NCBI GenBank assembly: GCA_023205875.1
Contig: CP060756.1
Location: forward strand, 868,001 to 932,000
Length of the DNA: 64,000 nt
From: Chloropicon primus
Taxonomy: Eukaryota
Direction of reading: 5' to 3'
Positions 41,519 to 53,958 of the stretch are shown piece by piece. Numbering within the stretch: position 1 is the stretch's first letter; every line of letters starts with the position of its first letter. A model generated the notes under the pieces. It worked only from the letters and a program-made list of their open reading frames with translations, did not search any database and had not been told where the DNA came from. The position numbers were made by a program, and so were the translations under genes.

Positions 41519-42157
41519 ATGGACATGGAGAAGGCCGTGACGAAGGCGATGGAAGCGAGGCGGGCTTTCATCGTCGCCAACGCGGAGACCGTCACGACGA
41601 AGGCGCTGAGGAAGGAGATCGCCGAGGAACTCGGTGGTAACCTGGCAAACTACAAACACCTCATAAAGTCGTTGGCAATCGCATTTATGGCAGCTGAGGC
41701 GGTGCCAGAGAGCGCGAGACCAGGGGACGGCGAAGGGGTCGAGGAGGTCAAGCCCAGTTTAGAGGACGGTGGGTCCTCTCCCTCCTGCTCGGACGAGGAC
41801 GACGAAGAGGTCGAGGAGATGCAGATGCCCAAGCCCCAAAGGAAGAGGAAGAGCAAGAAGAAGAAGCAGGGGGGGGTGGAGAAGAAGGCCGCCGCTGTGG
41901 GGAGCGCGAGGATCGAGAAAGCGAAGAAAATTCTGAAGATGGCCAGCATGAGGATCCCTCCGAGAGTGTATGCCCTCAACAAAGACCCCTCCTCTCTGGA
42001 AAGGTCCTTGGAGGATCTGCTCTCGACGCAGGGCCTCTCTCTGGCTTCCCCTAAGAAGGACATCGTGAGAGTCAGGAAGAGGCTGGAGCTGGAGCGAGAC
42101 CTGGACGGCATCGATACTTCGAATATCGTGGAGGAAGGTCGCAGGCGACGGAGATAA
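41519..42157 (+). CDS. HIRIP3/CHZ-like histone chaperone domain protein
   Basis: DEK-C-like N-terminus (VTTKALRKEIAEELG), acidic/basic linker, C-terminal ERDLDGIDTSNIV..GRR. Confidence 0.65.
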   Translation: MDMEKAVTKAMEARRAFIVANAETVTTKALRKEIAEELGGNLANYKHLIKSLAIAFMAAEAVPESARPGDGEGVEEVKPSLEDGGSSPSCSDEDDEEVEEMQMPKPQRKRKSKKKKQGGVEKKAAAVGSARIEKAKKILKMASMRIPPRVYALNKDPSSLERSLEDLLSTQGLSLASPKKDIVRVRKRLELERDLDGIDTSNIVEEGRRRRR

Positions 42158-42208
42158 TCTGTGCACAGTTCACAACAACAACAAAAGCAAAAGAATGGAG
42201 AAAAGGGA

Positions 42209-44079
42209 TTAATGAATGTAAGAAGAAATTTTTCCTGGATCCGCTGGAGGCCAGTTGGTGTAGCCAACGGCCTTCAGCCACCAGTTCGGGTATCCCGGTC
42301 CTGTCCTCTCGCCCGGGTCCTCCCCCGTAGTGACGAGGCCGTTGCTATACTTCGCGACGAGCTTGAAGGCAACCTGCCACCAGGACTTGGTGAGTTTGTC
42401 GATGAACTTGTTGGACATGCGCGTCAAGACGGCAACGGCGACGCTCTTGATGGGAATCCAAGCCACAGCCTTGACGACGAGGGCGTGCAGCTCCATGGCC
42501 TCGGCCTGCAGCTCAGCCCTCGCGTCGTTGACGTCCCCAACCATCTTTGAATAACCAAGCTGGATCCAGTTGTTGACGAAGTTAAAGGCCCACCACGCCG
42601 AATCCAAGCTGAATTCGCTCTGCTTGGGCCACAGAAACGACTCGGGCACGCTCTCTTGGCCGGCGTAGATTGGTGCCCAGACCGTACCAGCAGGCTGGTC
42701 CTGACCGTACCACGTGACGCCGAGATAATCCGGGTGGCTCGCAGAGGCTTGAGCGATGAAGGAGTACGTTCCCCTGTAAATGCTGATGGGTCTTTCGAAC
42801 CCCCCCTTGAGCGCCTTGGTGCCCTTCGTGTGACCCTCGAATCGGTTCGGATTTCCAAAGGGGCCCGCGGCGAGCCCGACCGTTAAGTCAAACTCTGTGC
42901 CCTCGTAGTGATCCCCCAGAACTTTGAACAAGGTCTCGACCGAGATGTTCCTGTCTGGCTTCAGAGAGAAAGGGTAGTGCTCGCACTGGGACGGGGTGTA
43001 CCCGCTGAAAAAGGAAAAGAAAAGAAAACAGTCAGTCAATCACACTGACGACGACAATGGGATTGAGAGATTGAGAAGAGAGGGATGCGTTGACGGAACA
43101 CGACTCACATATACGGGTCAGCACTCTTGTTGTACTCGCTGTTGACGAGGGAGTTAAAGCGCCACATTCGCCTGCCGCTGTACAGCCCCAGGACGGGGTC
43201 GAACTCCTTCGGCTCGTACCCAAAGGTCTTGAAGAAGTTGAAGGTCTCGTTGCCCGAGTCGTCGAACCAACCCTCGTCCACCGCGATGGAGACCATGTTG
43301 GCGCTGTGCATGAAGTTCTCTCGGTCCTCCAGGTCCATCTCCTGGATGATGAAGTCGTTGGCGATGACGACGGCTTGATCGTCCGGGACCCTCTGGGCGG
43401 CCCAGATCGCGCTCGCTCCATCGGGGGTCGGGAGGATGTGGAAAACCCAAAGTTCTTCGCGGTCCGCCAAGATCAGGGCCTCGCCGCTGTCCGCGAAGAC
43501 AGCTTCCGCGTAAAAGCCGTGCTCCGAGCCGAGGTCGCCCATGACCTGGACGGCTTGGCGGGCGGTCTTGCACCTCTCCATTGCGATCTTGCTGAGCTCC
43601 GCGATGTCGAGAAGGGCTTTGCCCCCGTCTTCCCCGAGGGGGCGGGCCAACGTCCTCGCGCCACACGTGCTCTCAGCGATGGAGAGCTGATATTCATTCA
43701 TGACGCCATAGTCTTGATCCCAATACGCGTAGGTGTGGTTGGCTTGCTCGATGTAGCCCAGGGGCTCGTACTCGCGTTGGCCGTTTCTCGGAAGGTAGCC
43801 CTTGCCTCTGGACGGGGACACGATCCTGGGGAACCCGTCGCGGGTTCTGTAGACGGGCCTTAGACTCCCGCGAGGCCAGTTGGAGGACGGCACTCGCACC
43901 AGGCGGAGGTCGCTCGCGTCGTTGCCCGCGTCATCGGTGTGGGAGACGATCACCGTTCCGTCGGCGGACGCGGCCTTCCCCACCCCGATTGCGGTGCACT
44001 TCGCGTGGCAGGGCAAGAGGGTCCCAAGCGCAAAGACCGTAACGGCCAGCAGCAGCAACGGCAACGGCTTCCTGGTCAT
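42209..44079 (-). CDS. Peptidase C69 (dipeptidase/secernin) with signal peptide; exons 44079-43109 and 43004-42209
   Basis: CTAIGVG nucleophile, ASADGTVIVSHTDD, MNEYQLSIAEST, WAAQRVPDD, GPFGNPNRF, FERPIS. Confidence 0.9.
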
Positions 44080-44145
44080 CCTGCTGTCTTTCTGGTTCGA
44101 AGCAAAAGGGAGCGTGCGAAAGGGAAAGCGAGTGTCGTCGTCGTG

Positions 44146-44176
<31 letters not shown>

Positions 44177-44409
44177 ACCGCACTCCTACTCCAAGTGGCG
44201 GCGGAGGAGCACTCCTTGCTGCAGCCCCCACGTTTTTCAAAAAGTCACGCTTTTTGTTTTCGATATCTCGATCTCGATCTCGATCTCGATCTCAGGGGTG
44301 GGGTCCGGGGGGCCGAACGAAGTTTTGAGGCTGTCATCGACCAACCTGACAATATTATTATTCTGGATTGCGAAAAAAAAATAATAACTTAGTAAAAAAT
44401 CCTCACTCC

Positions 44410-45492
44410 TCACTCCTCACTCGTCTTGGAGTCCAGCCTCTGCAGCTCCCGTTCGTGGAACAGGAGGAGCTCCTTCTCGTAGTCGGTGTGCTTGAAGTTC
44501 ACGCCGCACACCGTGCCGTGCTGCAGGACCATCTCCCTGTCGAACGCCTTGGCGGCCTCGATGTCGTGCTCGAAGAAGCCCAGGGACCTCGTCTCCCTCT
44601 TGTCCTGGGGCTGGTACTTGGCCTCCCACATGTCCTCCTTGGTGCTGTAGTAGACCCCCTTGTAGCTGGAGGCAAGCCTCACGGTGGCGGGGACCTTGCT
44701 CTTGACCGTCTTGACGAGCTCGGCCAGGGTGAGGGTCTCCAGGAGCTCCTTGTACTCGCTGTACTTGGACGCGTCGAAGTTCAGCCTGGCCTTCTCCTCC
44801 CCCTTGATCTTGAGGGCCGCGACGTCGTAGGCCTCGGCCGCGTGGACCTCGTTCTCGTACGCCCCGAGGTACATCTGCTTGCCGGTCTCCTTGATCCAGA
44901 TGTGGCTCTCCCACCGCCCGCTCTTGCGGTGCCTGGTCACCCCCCGGTACTTGGAGTGCTTCTTGACCTGGGGCACCTCGGGCAGGACGCCGTCCGGCCC
45001 CATGGCTTGGACGAAGATGTCGTTGGGGACGAAGTTCTTGGTGCGCGGGTCCACCTTCATCTGCCCGCTCGCGAGGTGGTCGGCGATGGTGGTGCGCAGG
45101 CCCCTCGCGACCAAGGCCTCCGAGGAGGGCCCTCCGGGGATCTCGAACAGGGGCACCGCGTCGCCGACCTCGTCGTAGTGGTGGTGGTCGGGGGTCCTCA
45201 TGAAGTCCACGCTGCGCAGGGGAATCCCCGCGAGGGCGAGCTCCCTCTTCCTCTTCTTCCCGGCGTTCAGGACCACGTCCACTGGGGACAGCTCGCGAGA
45301 CTCGGCGCGGGGCTGAGGGCATGGGCGAGTCGCACCGCATGCGTCGCCGGCCGCGGCCGAGGCCCCGGCCTGGCGGACCAGGCTCTCCACCAGCGTGGTG
45401 TTCGGCGACGAGCCCGCCGGGGACGGCGGAGGAAAGCCTTGTTTCCCTTCGCCGATTCCCGCGGGCACCGCCTTCCCCCTCGTCATCGCCAT
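44410..45492 (-). CDS. AP2-family transcription factor with two AP2 domains
   Basis: SKYRGVTRHRKSGRWESHIW...YLGAY..E..AAEAYDVAAL...LNF; second domain SSYKGV...LGFF...AAKAFD. Confidence 0.92.
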   Translation of the reverse strand: MAMTRGKAVPAGIGEGKQGFPPPSPAGSSPNTTLVESLVRQAGASAAAGDACGATRPCPQPRAESRELSPVDVVLNAGKKRKRELALAGIPLRSVDFMRTPDHHHYDEVGDAVPLFEIPGGPSSEALVARGLRTTIADHLASGQMKVDPRTKNFVPNDIFVQAMGPDGVLPEVPQVKKHSKYRGVTRHRKSGRWESHIWIKETGKQMYLGAYENEVHAAEAYDVAALKIKGEEKARLNFDASKYSEYKELLETLTLAELVKTVKSKVPATVRLASSYKGVYYSTKEDMWEAKYQPQDKRETRSLGFFEHDIEAAKAFDREMVLQHGTVCGVNFKHTDYEKELLLFHERELQRLDSKTSEE

Positions 45493-45825
45493 CGATCAGG
45501 ACCAGGACCAGGACCAGGCGTGGCTGCTGGCGTCAAACCTCGTGTGTGTACCGTACCGGATTCTTGTGGCCTGCGAGACTTGAAAAGGATTATTGGTTTC
45601 GTCGTCGTCGCCGCCGCCGCTAAGCCTCGTGCCTCGTGTCCCGGATTGTGACGGAGGCGTGGGGCCGAGCCGAGAGAGAGAGCAAGGCAAACTCCAAGAA
45701 CAAAACAATCTACTCATCGTGCACTTCGAAGGCGGAATTGCTCGACCTCGGACACGCGCCGTGGCTCCTCGTGCCCCTCGTCCCCGTCGAAGAAAAAACA
45801 AACCAACCGCGAGGTGAGATCTCCC

Positions 45826-45853
45826 TTTGGCGGGAAATTTTGGCGGGAAATTT
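45826..45853. promoter_or_regulatory. Two tandem E2F-binding sites (TTTCCCGCCAAA on minus strand)
   Basis: tttggcgggaaattttggcgggaaattt matches the TTTSSCGC consensus twice. Confidence 0.75.
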
Positions 45854-46354
45854 CCAAAAGGGAGGGTTTGTGCGATTTCCTACTCTGAACAGTGTGGACT
45901 GCTAACTGGCTAAACCTTTTCGAAGAACGAAGAAGACGGGTGGAACTACACGGAGGGGGGGGACCAGAGCGGGGGGTGGTTGGCGAGAGAGACAGAGACA
46001 GAGAGAGAAGACACCAGGATTTGGAGGTGAGTGAGTGGAGAGTTCTAGTCTATGTCTACTTCTTCTTCTCCGTCACGTTGTCGTCTCTTGCTGTTTCACG
46101 TGGAACCCAAGCTTGGTGCGGTTCGGGTGAATTGGGGGGTCGTGGGTCGTTGGTTTTCTTCTTCTCCTAATTTCTCTCTCTCTCTCTCTCTCTCTGCTTG
46201 TTTTGGTGGGCACCAAGGTTGGTTCGGCGTGGGGGGCATCGGGGAAGAGGAAGGAGTGGGTTTTAGGCGTCGTGACTCGAGGAGGCCAACCTTTTCTTCT
46301 TCGTGGCGTCGCGCGCTCCTCGGGCGCTCTTTTGTGCCCTTGCAACACATCCAT

Positions 46355-47521
46355 ATGCCCGCGTCGTCGCGCAGGAGAAACAGCTCCGGAGCCGGGGGAG
46401 ACACCCTTGTCGCAAAGCTACCACCCAAGGACGAGGGCTTGGCCCTGCTGCAGGGCAGCAACCTCGGGACGACGACGACGACGAGAGAGAACGGGAGCGC
46501 GATGGCGAACGGGGCGCAGAACGGGCAGCAGACGCCCAGGAACTCGAGGGGAGGCAGCGCCAAGGCCAAGGGGACCAAGACGGTCACCCCCAGCAAGGGG
46601 AGGAACGACTCGCCGGCCGCCACCCCGTCCCAGACGCCCGGGAGCGGGAGCTGCAGGTACGACAGCTCCCTGGGTCTACTGACGAAGAAGTTCGTCATGC
46701 TGATGCAGGACGCCGAGAGCGGTATCTTGGACCTGAACAAAGCCGCCGAGATGCTCCACGTGCAGAAGCGGCGGATCTACGACATCACGAACGTGCTCGA
46801 GGGCATCGGGCTCATCGAGAAGAAGCAGAAGAACAACATCCAGTGGAAGGGCGTGTCCTCGAACCTGAGCACGAACAACGCCGGGCAGAGCAACCTGCAG
46901 AAGCAGATCCAGTTGGCCAATGAGCAGGAGCAGAAGCTGGACCTGGAGATCCAGAAGACGAGGGACAGCCTGAGCAGCCTGATCGAGGACAAGGAGTACA
47001 AGCACCTGCTGTACGTGACCCAGGGCGACATCAAGGCCCTCCCCTGCTTCGAGCGGAATACGCTCATAGCGATCCGGGCGCCACACGGGACCACCCTCGA
47101 GGTTCCCGACCCGGACCAGGCGAGCAACCAGAAGAGGGACAGCGGGAGGAGGCGGTACCAGATCTTCCTCAAGTCCAACAACGGGCCGATCGAGGTCTAC
47201 CTCGTGTCCTCGTCCCAGAAGCAGGGCGACGACGAGAACGGGAACCCGTCGAGCCAGCAGCAGAACTTCCCCTTCAGCCTCCAGGGCCCGATGTCCATGG
47301 AGAACAACATTGGGAGCGCTCCAGATATGCCGAACAGCGTCTCGCTGAAGCGGCCCTACTCGATGGTCTCGCCCACCGCGAGCCCCATCATGAAAATCGC
47401 GCCGGGGGAGACGGACCCGGACCTTTGGTTTGGGCAGGACAACATCGGGCAAGAGGTTGTTGGCATCTCAGACATTTTCCCGCTGGAGGCCGGGGAGGAC
47501 CCCCTGAGCTTCTTCCAGTAA
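46355..47521 (+). CDS. E2F: E2F transcription factor (5' end uncertain; possible upstream intron ~46027-46374)
   Basis: [56 protein letters not shown]-binding-like GISDIF. Confidence 0.95.
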   Translation: MPASSRRRNSSGAGGDTLVAKLPPKDEGLALLQGSNLGTTTTTRENGSAMANGAQNGQQTPRNSRGGSAKAKGTKTVTPSKGRNDSPAATPSQTPGSGSCRYDSSLGLLTKKFVMLMQDAESGILDLNKAAEMLHVQKRRIYDITNVLEGIGLIEKKQKNNIQWKGVSSNLSTNNAGQSNLQKQIQLANEQEQKLDLEIQKTRDSLSSLIEDKEYKHLLYVTQGDIKALPCFERNTLIAIRAPHGTTLEVPDPDQASNQKRDSGRRRYQIFLKSNNGPIEVYLVSSSQKQGDDENGNPSSQQQNFPFSLQGPMSMENNIGSAPDMPNSVSLKRPYSMVSPTASPIMKIAPGETDPDLWFGQDNIGQEVVGISDIFPLEAGEDPLSFFQ

Positions 47522-47706
47522 AGGCAACGGCAGGGGGGGGGAAGAAGCGCGCGACCAAGACAAAAACGCCGTTATTCTTGTATTTTGTATTTTAACCAAA
47601 AGCTTACGAACTTATCAACCCCCCCTTCTTCTTCTTCCCAAATGTGCCGATCTCCAGCCTCTGCGGGGGGTGGCAGCACACAGTGAGAGGCGGAAGGAAG
47701 GGAAGA

Positions 47707-49364
47707 ATGGCGAGCGAGTCCCAGGCCCGGGAGGGGTCGTCCGCGACGGCCTCGGTCCCGATGTCCCTTTACCCCGCGCAGGACATGGTCTCCCCTTTCC
47801 TCAAGAACAAGTACGAGAGGGAGGCGGGGAGATACTGGAACATGTTCTACCAGAGGAACCAGAAGAACTTTTTCAAGGACAGGCACTACCTGGAGAGGGA
47901 GTTCTCCGTCCTGAACGAGGGGCACAACTCCGGCGACGGTCGGTCGGGTGGGCGGATGCTCCTTGAGATCGGCTGCGGGGTGGGGAACACCGTCTTCCCG
48001 CTGGTGGAGGGGCACGGAGACCTTAAGGTGCACTGCTGTGACTTTTCAAAGGAGGCTGTGCGTTTGGTGAAGGCTCACGAAAAGTACGACGAGGCCAGGA
48101 TAAACGCGTTCGTGTGCGACGTGACGAGCGACGACTTGCTGGACAACGTCCCTGCGGGATCCGTCGACATCACGACGCTCATCTTCGTTATTTCTGCCAT
48201 CCCCCCGGAGAAGCTGGAGCAATCGATAGCGAACATCGCAAAGACGCTTCGCCCGGGGGCCCACGTCCTGGTGCGGGACTACGGCACGGGGGACCTCGCG
48301 GAGGAGAGGCTTGACAAGAAGAAAGCGACCAGAAAGCTGGGAGAAAATTACTACGTCAGGGGGGACGGGACGTTTTGCGTCTACTTCAGCGAGGAGTCGC
48401 TGACCAGGGCCTTCGAGTCGGCCGGGTTCAAGACCGTCTCGATGAAGACTTGCAAGAGGGAGATCGAGAACAGGAGGCAGCAAGTGACCATGAAACGGAA
48501 CTGGGTGCAAGCCGTGTTCCAATACGTCGGAACGGAAGAGGAGGCTGTCGTAGAGTACGAGTGGCATCGAGAACACGAGTCCTCGGCGGCCATCTTTTTG
48601 GACGGAGCGGAAGAGCGAAACACGCACGAGGAGGAGGTCACGGTTTGTAAGAACCTCGACAGAGTGAGCCTCGTCTCGATCTCCAAGGAGCACATGCACA
48701 GCGTTCACAGCACAGGCTTGATGCTGTGGGACGGAGCCAAAGCTCTCAGCGAAATCATTTCGAGCTGTGCCGACGACTTCAAGGGCAAGAACGTGATAGA
48801 GCTCGGGTGCGGGTGCAGCCCCCTGAGCGCGATCGCCCTGAGCGCGAGCGGAGCCGCGTCAGTCGCCGCGACTGATGGGAACCCAGAGGCCCTGAAGATG
48901 TTGCAAGACAATCTGGACATGAACAGCGCAAAGTTTGATTTCATGTCATCCCTAAGCGTGAGAAGGTGAGTGGCAGGCAGCCCAAGAGGACGCTTCCTTT
49001 TCCAAACTATTGCTGGTACTGACTCCGTTCCATGGACCACTCTAGACTGCGCTGGGACAGCGGGGAAGACCTTGGAGGTTTCTCGGGAAAGCGGTACGAC
49101 GCTATCGTCGCATCGGACGTGCTATACATCGAAGAGGCGATCCCAGCACTGTTCCAGGCCGCGGCAAGGCTCCTCGCGGAGGAGGGCTACTTTCTGATCT
49201 GCTACACTCCAAGAAGGGCGATAGAAGAAAAGGCTTTGCTTTACGCCGAGAAAGCTGGCCTCAAATCAACGGAGGTTCTCCCTTCGTTCCAGCAGCAGCT
49301 CGAAAGGCAGGGCAGGAAGAGCACGATGAGGTTGCTCCAATTCGTTTCCGGTGCAAAGCACTAG
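47707..49364 (+). CDS. METTL2/6 (Trm140)-like tRNA m3C methyltransferase fused to a Methyltransf_16-type domain; exons 47707-48965 and 49046-49364
   Basis: YWNMFY, FFKDRHYL, LEIGCGVGN, CCDFS, YVRGDGT; then TGLMLWDGA, VIELGCG, ATDG, LRW, IVASDVLY. Confidence 0.88.
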
Positions 49365-49423
49365 AGGCGCTTCAGTTTTGTTGTGAAGTAGTAGTATTCT
49401 GTTACAAGCAAAATTGAAAGCTG

Positions 49424-50505
49424 TTATTGGATCTTGAGCAGCTCAATGTCGAACAAGAGAGTTTTGTCCACCATCCCTTGGTTATCAAGGACAAAGCTCA
49501 GAGACCGCTTGCCAGCAAACGTCGAGGGCCTCGGTCCTTTCTTCTTCCAGTCGTTGTCGGGATAGCCGACTTCGGTCGGAACGATCAAGCGGCGAACTCC
49601 TCCCACTTTCATACCCAGTATCGCCTCCTCAAAGGCCGGAATCACCTGGAGAGCCAAAGCAACGAAAAAGAAGGTCAGTTCGCGCCTTGTACATCCGGGC
49701 GCAAGATACCAGTGGGGGTTCGGTGCCAAGCGCGGTTTCGACTGCTCTTGAGACTCAGAATACTTTTATCATCCCTTGACCTTTCGTAAAGAGTTCGGGC
49801 ATAAGATGGTTGATCCAAAGTAAAAAAAGTTTGTATCATCTTCGAAACAAGAGAGCGCGACCAGACCGCTTGACAAACCCGGAGCGTCTCCGGAGGGTGC
49901 CTCACCTCGTTCTCCCCGACGCGGAAGCGGAAAAAGTCCCTCTCGCTTCCCTCGAAAGAGCCCCCCTTTGGCTTGTTCCTCGCCTCGAAGATCCTCCCGT
50001 AGTACCCAATGGTGTACCCATCCCAGTCCACGACGACCTGGTCCCCCTTCTTAGGACTTGGCCCCGTGCCGTCCCTCAGATCTTTGTACTGCAGCCCCGT
50101 GTCCGTCAGCGTGTAGTCGCTGAAGCGCATCTTGGTCTTGCCGTAGTCCTTCCCCGCCAACGCCGCCATGGAGTTCTCGAACGACCCCGACTCGTTCGGT
50201 TCGTACCCCTTGCCAGGCTCCTCCTTAGCAAGGCCCCTCCCTGCCGTCGTCATGGCGCACAACACCCCGAGGCCTGACGTCAACAACACCCTCCTTTGCG
50301 CCGACGCCGACGACCCCCTCGCGACTCCCCCGTTCCCTTCTTCCCACACGACGCCGACGCCGTCAAAGTCCCCAACGTCTCTCCCCGCCCCGTTCCTCCT
50401 CACGCAACGCCCTCCGCTTCCCCTGGACCTCGCCCACGTCCCGAGGCTTCTGCCTCCCCCCGACGAGGAGCAACACCTCCTCCCCCTCCCCCCCGGGACT
50501 GCCAT
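49424..50505 (-). CDS. FKBP19: Thylakoid FKBP-type PPIase; exons 50505-49906 and 49645-49424
   Basis: GKDYGKTKMR, VVVDWDGYTIGYYGRIFEARNK.KGGSFEG, VIPAFEEAI.GM..GG.RR. Confidence 0.9.
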
Positions 50506-50803
50506 CGCTCTCGTTCTCGTTCTCGTTTCGACGACGACGACGACGATGCTGTGCTCCACAGACCGGGCTGGAGAGAGGACGAGGACCGAGGGGGAGAGGA
50601 GAGAGGAAACGGAAACGTGACGTGCACAAGGAGGGAGGGAGGGAGGGTGGAGGTCACCGGTGAAGGAATCAGATCAGGGTGGACGACTTTCCGTGGGATC
50701 GCTTAGTTGGCCTGGGGCTCGGCAGGGCAGGGAGCGACAGAACTCGACGAAGGCGTTTGGCACCGCGCGACAGCAGAGGAGCTGATCTCGTCGTTGTCCT
50801 AGT

Positions 50804-51247
50804 ATGTCCTCTGATACAAGTTCCTCGAGCGTGCACGTGGAGATCGTGGAGGATGGGAGGCTGAGCCTGGACAGGGCGGTGCAGTGGGTCGAGTGCACCG
50901 CGTCTGGTGCGATAGCGACGTTCTCGGGTGTTGTGAGAGACAACAGCCAGGGCAGGGGAGTGGACCACCTCGAGTACGAGGCCTACGTTCCGATGGCCGT
51001 TAAGATCATGAGGTCGATCGGCGAGAGAATCGTGGAGGAGAAGGGGATCTCGAAAATCTTCATGGCGCACAGGGTTGGCCGACTCGAGATCAAAGAGCCT
51101 GCCGTTGTTATCGCCGTCAGCGCGCCTCACCGGGCGGAAGCCATAGAGGCCTCGAGAACGGCGATAGACGAGCTCAAGCTCCAGGTTCCGATATTCAAGA
51201 AGGAAACCTTCCACGACGGGTCGCACTGGAAGAGCAACAGGCCTTGA
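50804..51247 (+). CDS. MOCS2B: Molybdopterin synthase catalytic subunit (MoaE/CNX6)
   Basis: GAIATFSGVVRD, LEYEAY.PMA, HRVGRL, VSAPHR, LKLQVPIFKKE. Confidence 0.93.
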   Translation: MSSDTSSSSVHVEIVEDGRLSLDRAVQWVECTASGAIATFSGVVRDNSQGRGVDHLEYEAYVPMAVKIMRSIGERIVEEKGISKIFMAHRVGRLEIKEPAVVIAVSAPHRAEAIEASRTAIDELKLQVPIFKKETFHDGSHWKSNRP

Positions 51248-51303
51248 CGCGCTATGAGTGCTGAGATAAGAAACAATGTACCACGTTAATAGGTTTAGCT
51301 AGA

Positions 51304-51946
51304 CTAGTGTCCCTCCCGTCCGAAGTCGCGGTGCATAGATATCTCCTTTGGGAACGGCGGGTTCCTGTGGTAAGAGGATCCCCCATAGTAGTAAGGAACG
51401 ATGTATGGGTCCGGGTGGGTCTTCTCGGCGAGAAACTTCTCCCCGGCCTCCACAAGTCTCGTGGCCTCTCCAAGAGTTGGCTAAAATTGCAAGTTGTGAT
51501 GTTTTTTCACCGTCGTCGCGTTCCACAAGCCGCCGCAAGCCGAGCACGCGAAGGAGAGGCAACCCCCCACACGAGTTTGGGCGAGAAACGGGAAGGTTGG
51601 AATCAGAAGAAAGAGCGCGAGGTCAGGGAAGGGCACACAAAAAAAATGGTGCACGAAAAAGAAGCAAAAAGAAAAGTGTCTTCTCTGGCGGCCCTCGCTC
51701 ACTCGCCGAGCGTCGTGCTTGCCGGGGCTCACGGGCGGGCGGCCGAGCCCTCCAACCGCTCGCTCGCCTCGAGTGGTGCAAAACACTTACCACGTTCGCA
51801 TTGGCCTCAAACTGGCTCCTGATGTTCTTGAACTCCTCGTAAATGAGGGACCTCTGAATGGCCCAAGACATCATCTGCTTGAGTGAGTGCCTATAAAGCC
51901 TCATGACTCGCACCCTGTGCGCCAAGAGAGCCTCCGTGCCCGCCAT
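51304..51946 (-). CDS. NDUFB9: Complex I subunit B22 (LYR family); exons 51946-51791 and 51480-51304
   Basis: RVMRLYRHSLK...IRSQFEANANV|PTLGEATRLVEAGE...HPDPYIVPYYYGGSSYHRNPP. Confidence 0.9.
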
Positions 51947-52236
51947 GTTGTCGCTCCTTCGTGTCGCCTCCTCCTCGAGGACCCAGCCGTCCTTCCGTCG
52001 TCGAAACCCTTTCAGTCCCCACTGCCTCCAAATTTCCGGCCTCGAAAAGTTTTTCCGACGCCTCAAAGAGGAAGAGGAGGGGGAGGAGCAACCGGAGGGA
52101 GGAGTGGCCCCTGGCCTTTCTTCTCATGGATGGAGAGCTCCCTGACGAAAGATGGATCAGAAGATGTGGGAGAAGATGTGGATTGATGAGGAAAGCCTCA
52201 TGAATGGTTTTGTTTGTGTAACGGTACAATTAATAA

Positions 52237-53739
52237 TCAATAGTCCCACTCCTGCTTGCGCCACTGCTGCTTGCTGAGCTTCCTCGAAGTCCGGCGGTGC
52301 TTCTTCCTGTTGAGTCTCGGCTCGGCATCGACTTTTCCTCCCTTCCTGATCTTCTTGATGAAGTCCCCCTCCCTGCTCTCCTTCTTGGACCCCATCTTCA
52401 GCGCGCGCTCTTCCATGTCCTTCACCTGGTGGTACAAGTCAACGTACATCGGGTACCTCTCCCAGTCCCCTCTCACGGCACAGCCTGGCTCGTGCACGTG
52501 GACGCAGTTCTTGAATTCACACTTGTTCCCCTCCTCCTCGAGCCTCTGGACGATTTCTGGGAAGCAGGAAGCGAGCTCCCTGGTCGTGACTCCGAGGAGG
52601 TGTGGCTGGTTGAACCCCGGGGTGTCCGCCAGGAAGCCTCCGTTCGAGAGCTTGATCAGAGAAATGTTCCGCGTGGTGTGCTTCCCCCTCCCCGTCCTCG
52701 CGGAGACCTCACCAACGTCAAGCAGCTCGACCTCTTCCTCTTCTTCGTCGACGGGTTCCACGCCCACGCCTCCGCTGTCGTCGCAACTGAAGCTCCCGGA
52801 CGTGTTGATGGCGTTAATCAAGGAGGACTTCCCGACCCCGCTGGGCCCCACGATCACGCCCAACTGGCCTTCGAGCGCCTCCCAGACCCTGTCAACTCCC
52901 GTGCCGTCGTGCGTACTAATTGGTATGGCCTCGTACCCCCAAGCTTTCAGCCGGTCCACCCACTCCCTCGTCTCGCTCTCGGGCACCAAGTCCTGCTTGT
53001 TGAGGACCACGAGGACGCCCTCCGGCAGGTTGGCGCCCTCCGCCGCGACGAGGAACCGATTGACCTGGTTCGCCTCTATGGGCGGATCCCTGAGGGAGAA
53101 CATGACGATTGCTATCTCGACGTTCGCGACCGCCGGCGTCTGAAAGGTCGACTGCCTCGGCAGCACCGACTTCACCACGCCGTGCCCCAGGGTCCAGTCG
53201 ATCGACGAGACCTCCACGAAGTCTCCAACGAGAACCTGGCGCTTCATCTTTTTCAGCACCTGCCGTGTCACGCAAAGGAGCTCGTCCTTGGAGCCGAACC
53301 CCCCCTCGCAATCCGCCTCGCCCCGCGCCCCCCCCTCTTCCCCCTGCGGCACGCCAACCTCGTCCAACTGCAACCTCACGTGCACGAAGTTCGCCCTGTG
53401 CGAAACGACGCGACCCTGGACGACCGCGTCCTCGCCGGCCCCTGTGGAGAACTCCGCCGCTGCATTCGCTCGCACCCATGACCACCTTTCGCGGGCGTTC
53501 AGAGCCCCACCGAGTCTTCTCAGCCCCCACGACGAGCTCCGCTTCCCAACGCGGCACTGCAGGGCTGTCCTGGGCGACACTTCGACGACGACGTCGCACT
53601 CCCGGCCGGGCCGGGCGGCGTGGTACCCGCACCACGACCGCACGGAGCGCGGGAGGGACTGCGACGTCGTCCTCCTCGCCGCCCCCGCCACGTCCGCCGC
53701 CCAGCACGGCAGGCCCCTTCCGCACTTTGCCACCATCAT
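52237..53739 (-). CDS. rsgA: Small ribosomal subunit biogenesis GTPase RsgA, organellar
   Basis: NKQD, GPSGVGKSSLIN, GKHTT, DTPG, C.F.NC.H..EPGC zinc site. Confidence 0.93.
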   Translation of the reverse strand: MMVAKCGRGLPCWAADVAGAARRTTSQSLPRSVRSWCGYHAARPGRECDVVVEVSPRTALQCRVGKRSSSWGLRRLGGALNARERWSWVRANAAAEFSTGAGEDAVVQGRVVSHRANFVHVRLQLDEVGVPQGEEGGARGEADCEGGFGSKDELLCVTRQVLKKMKRQVLVGDFVEVSSIDWTLGHGVVKSVLPRQSTFQTPAVANVEIAIVMFSLRDPPIEANQVNRFLVAAEGANLPEGVLVVLNKQDLVPESETREWVDRLKAWGYEAIPISTHDGTGVDRVWEALEGQLGVIVGPSGVGKSSLINAINTSGSFSCDDSGGVGVEPVDEEEEEVELLDVGEVSARTGRGKHTTRNISLIKLSNGGFLADTPGFNQPHLLGVTTRELASCFPEIVQRLEEEGNKCEFKNCVHVHEPGCAVRGDWERYPMYVDLYHQVKDMEERALKMGSKKESREGDFIKKIRKGGKVDAEPRLNRKKHRRTSRKLSKQQWRKQEWDY

Positions 53740-53958
53740 CCCGGCCCCCTTTGGCCTTGAGCTCCAGCCCAAAGGCAAGGGGTACCAGGTGGCAATGTGG
53801 GGCAGGGGTGGGGAGGAGGTGCCGGCACCCGATCGTGGAAGCGGGACGAAAAGGTTGGCACTAACCCCAAAACGGCTGTTTCACGCGAGGAGGACGAGAA
53901 ATCCAAAAACAAAATAGTGTGTGCGCGCGATAAAACAAACATTTAGCTGAAGTTTGGT

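Noticed and set aside
47707..49364. Double methyltransferase fusion as a novelty
   Set aside because: To my knowledge the same METTL2-like plus second MTase architecture occurs in land plants
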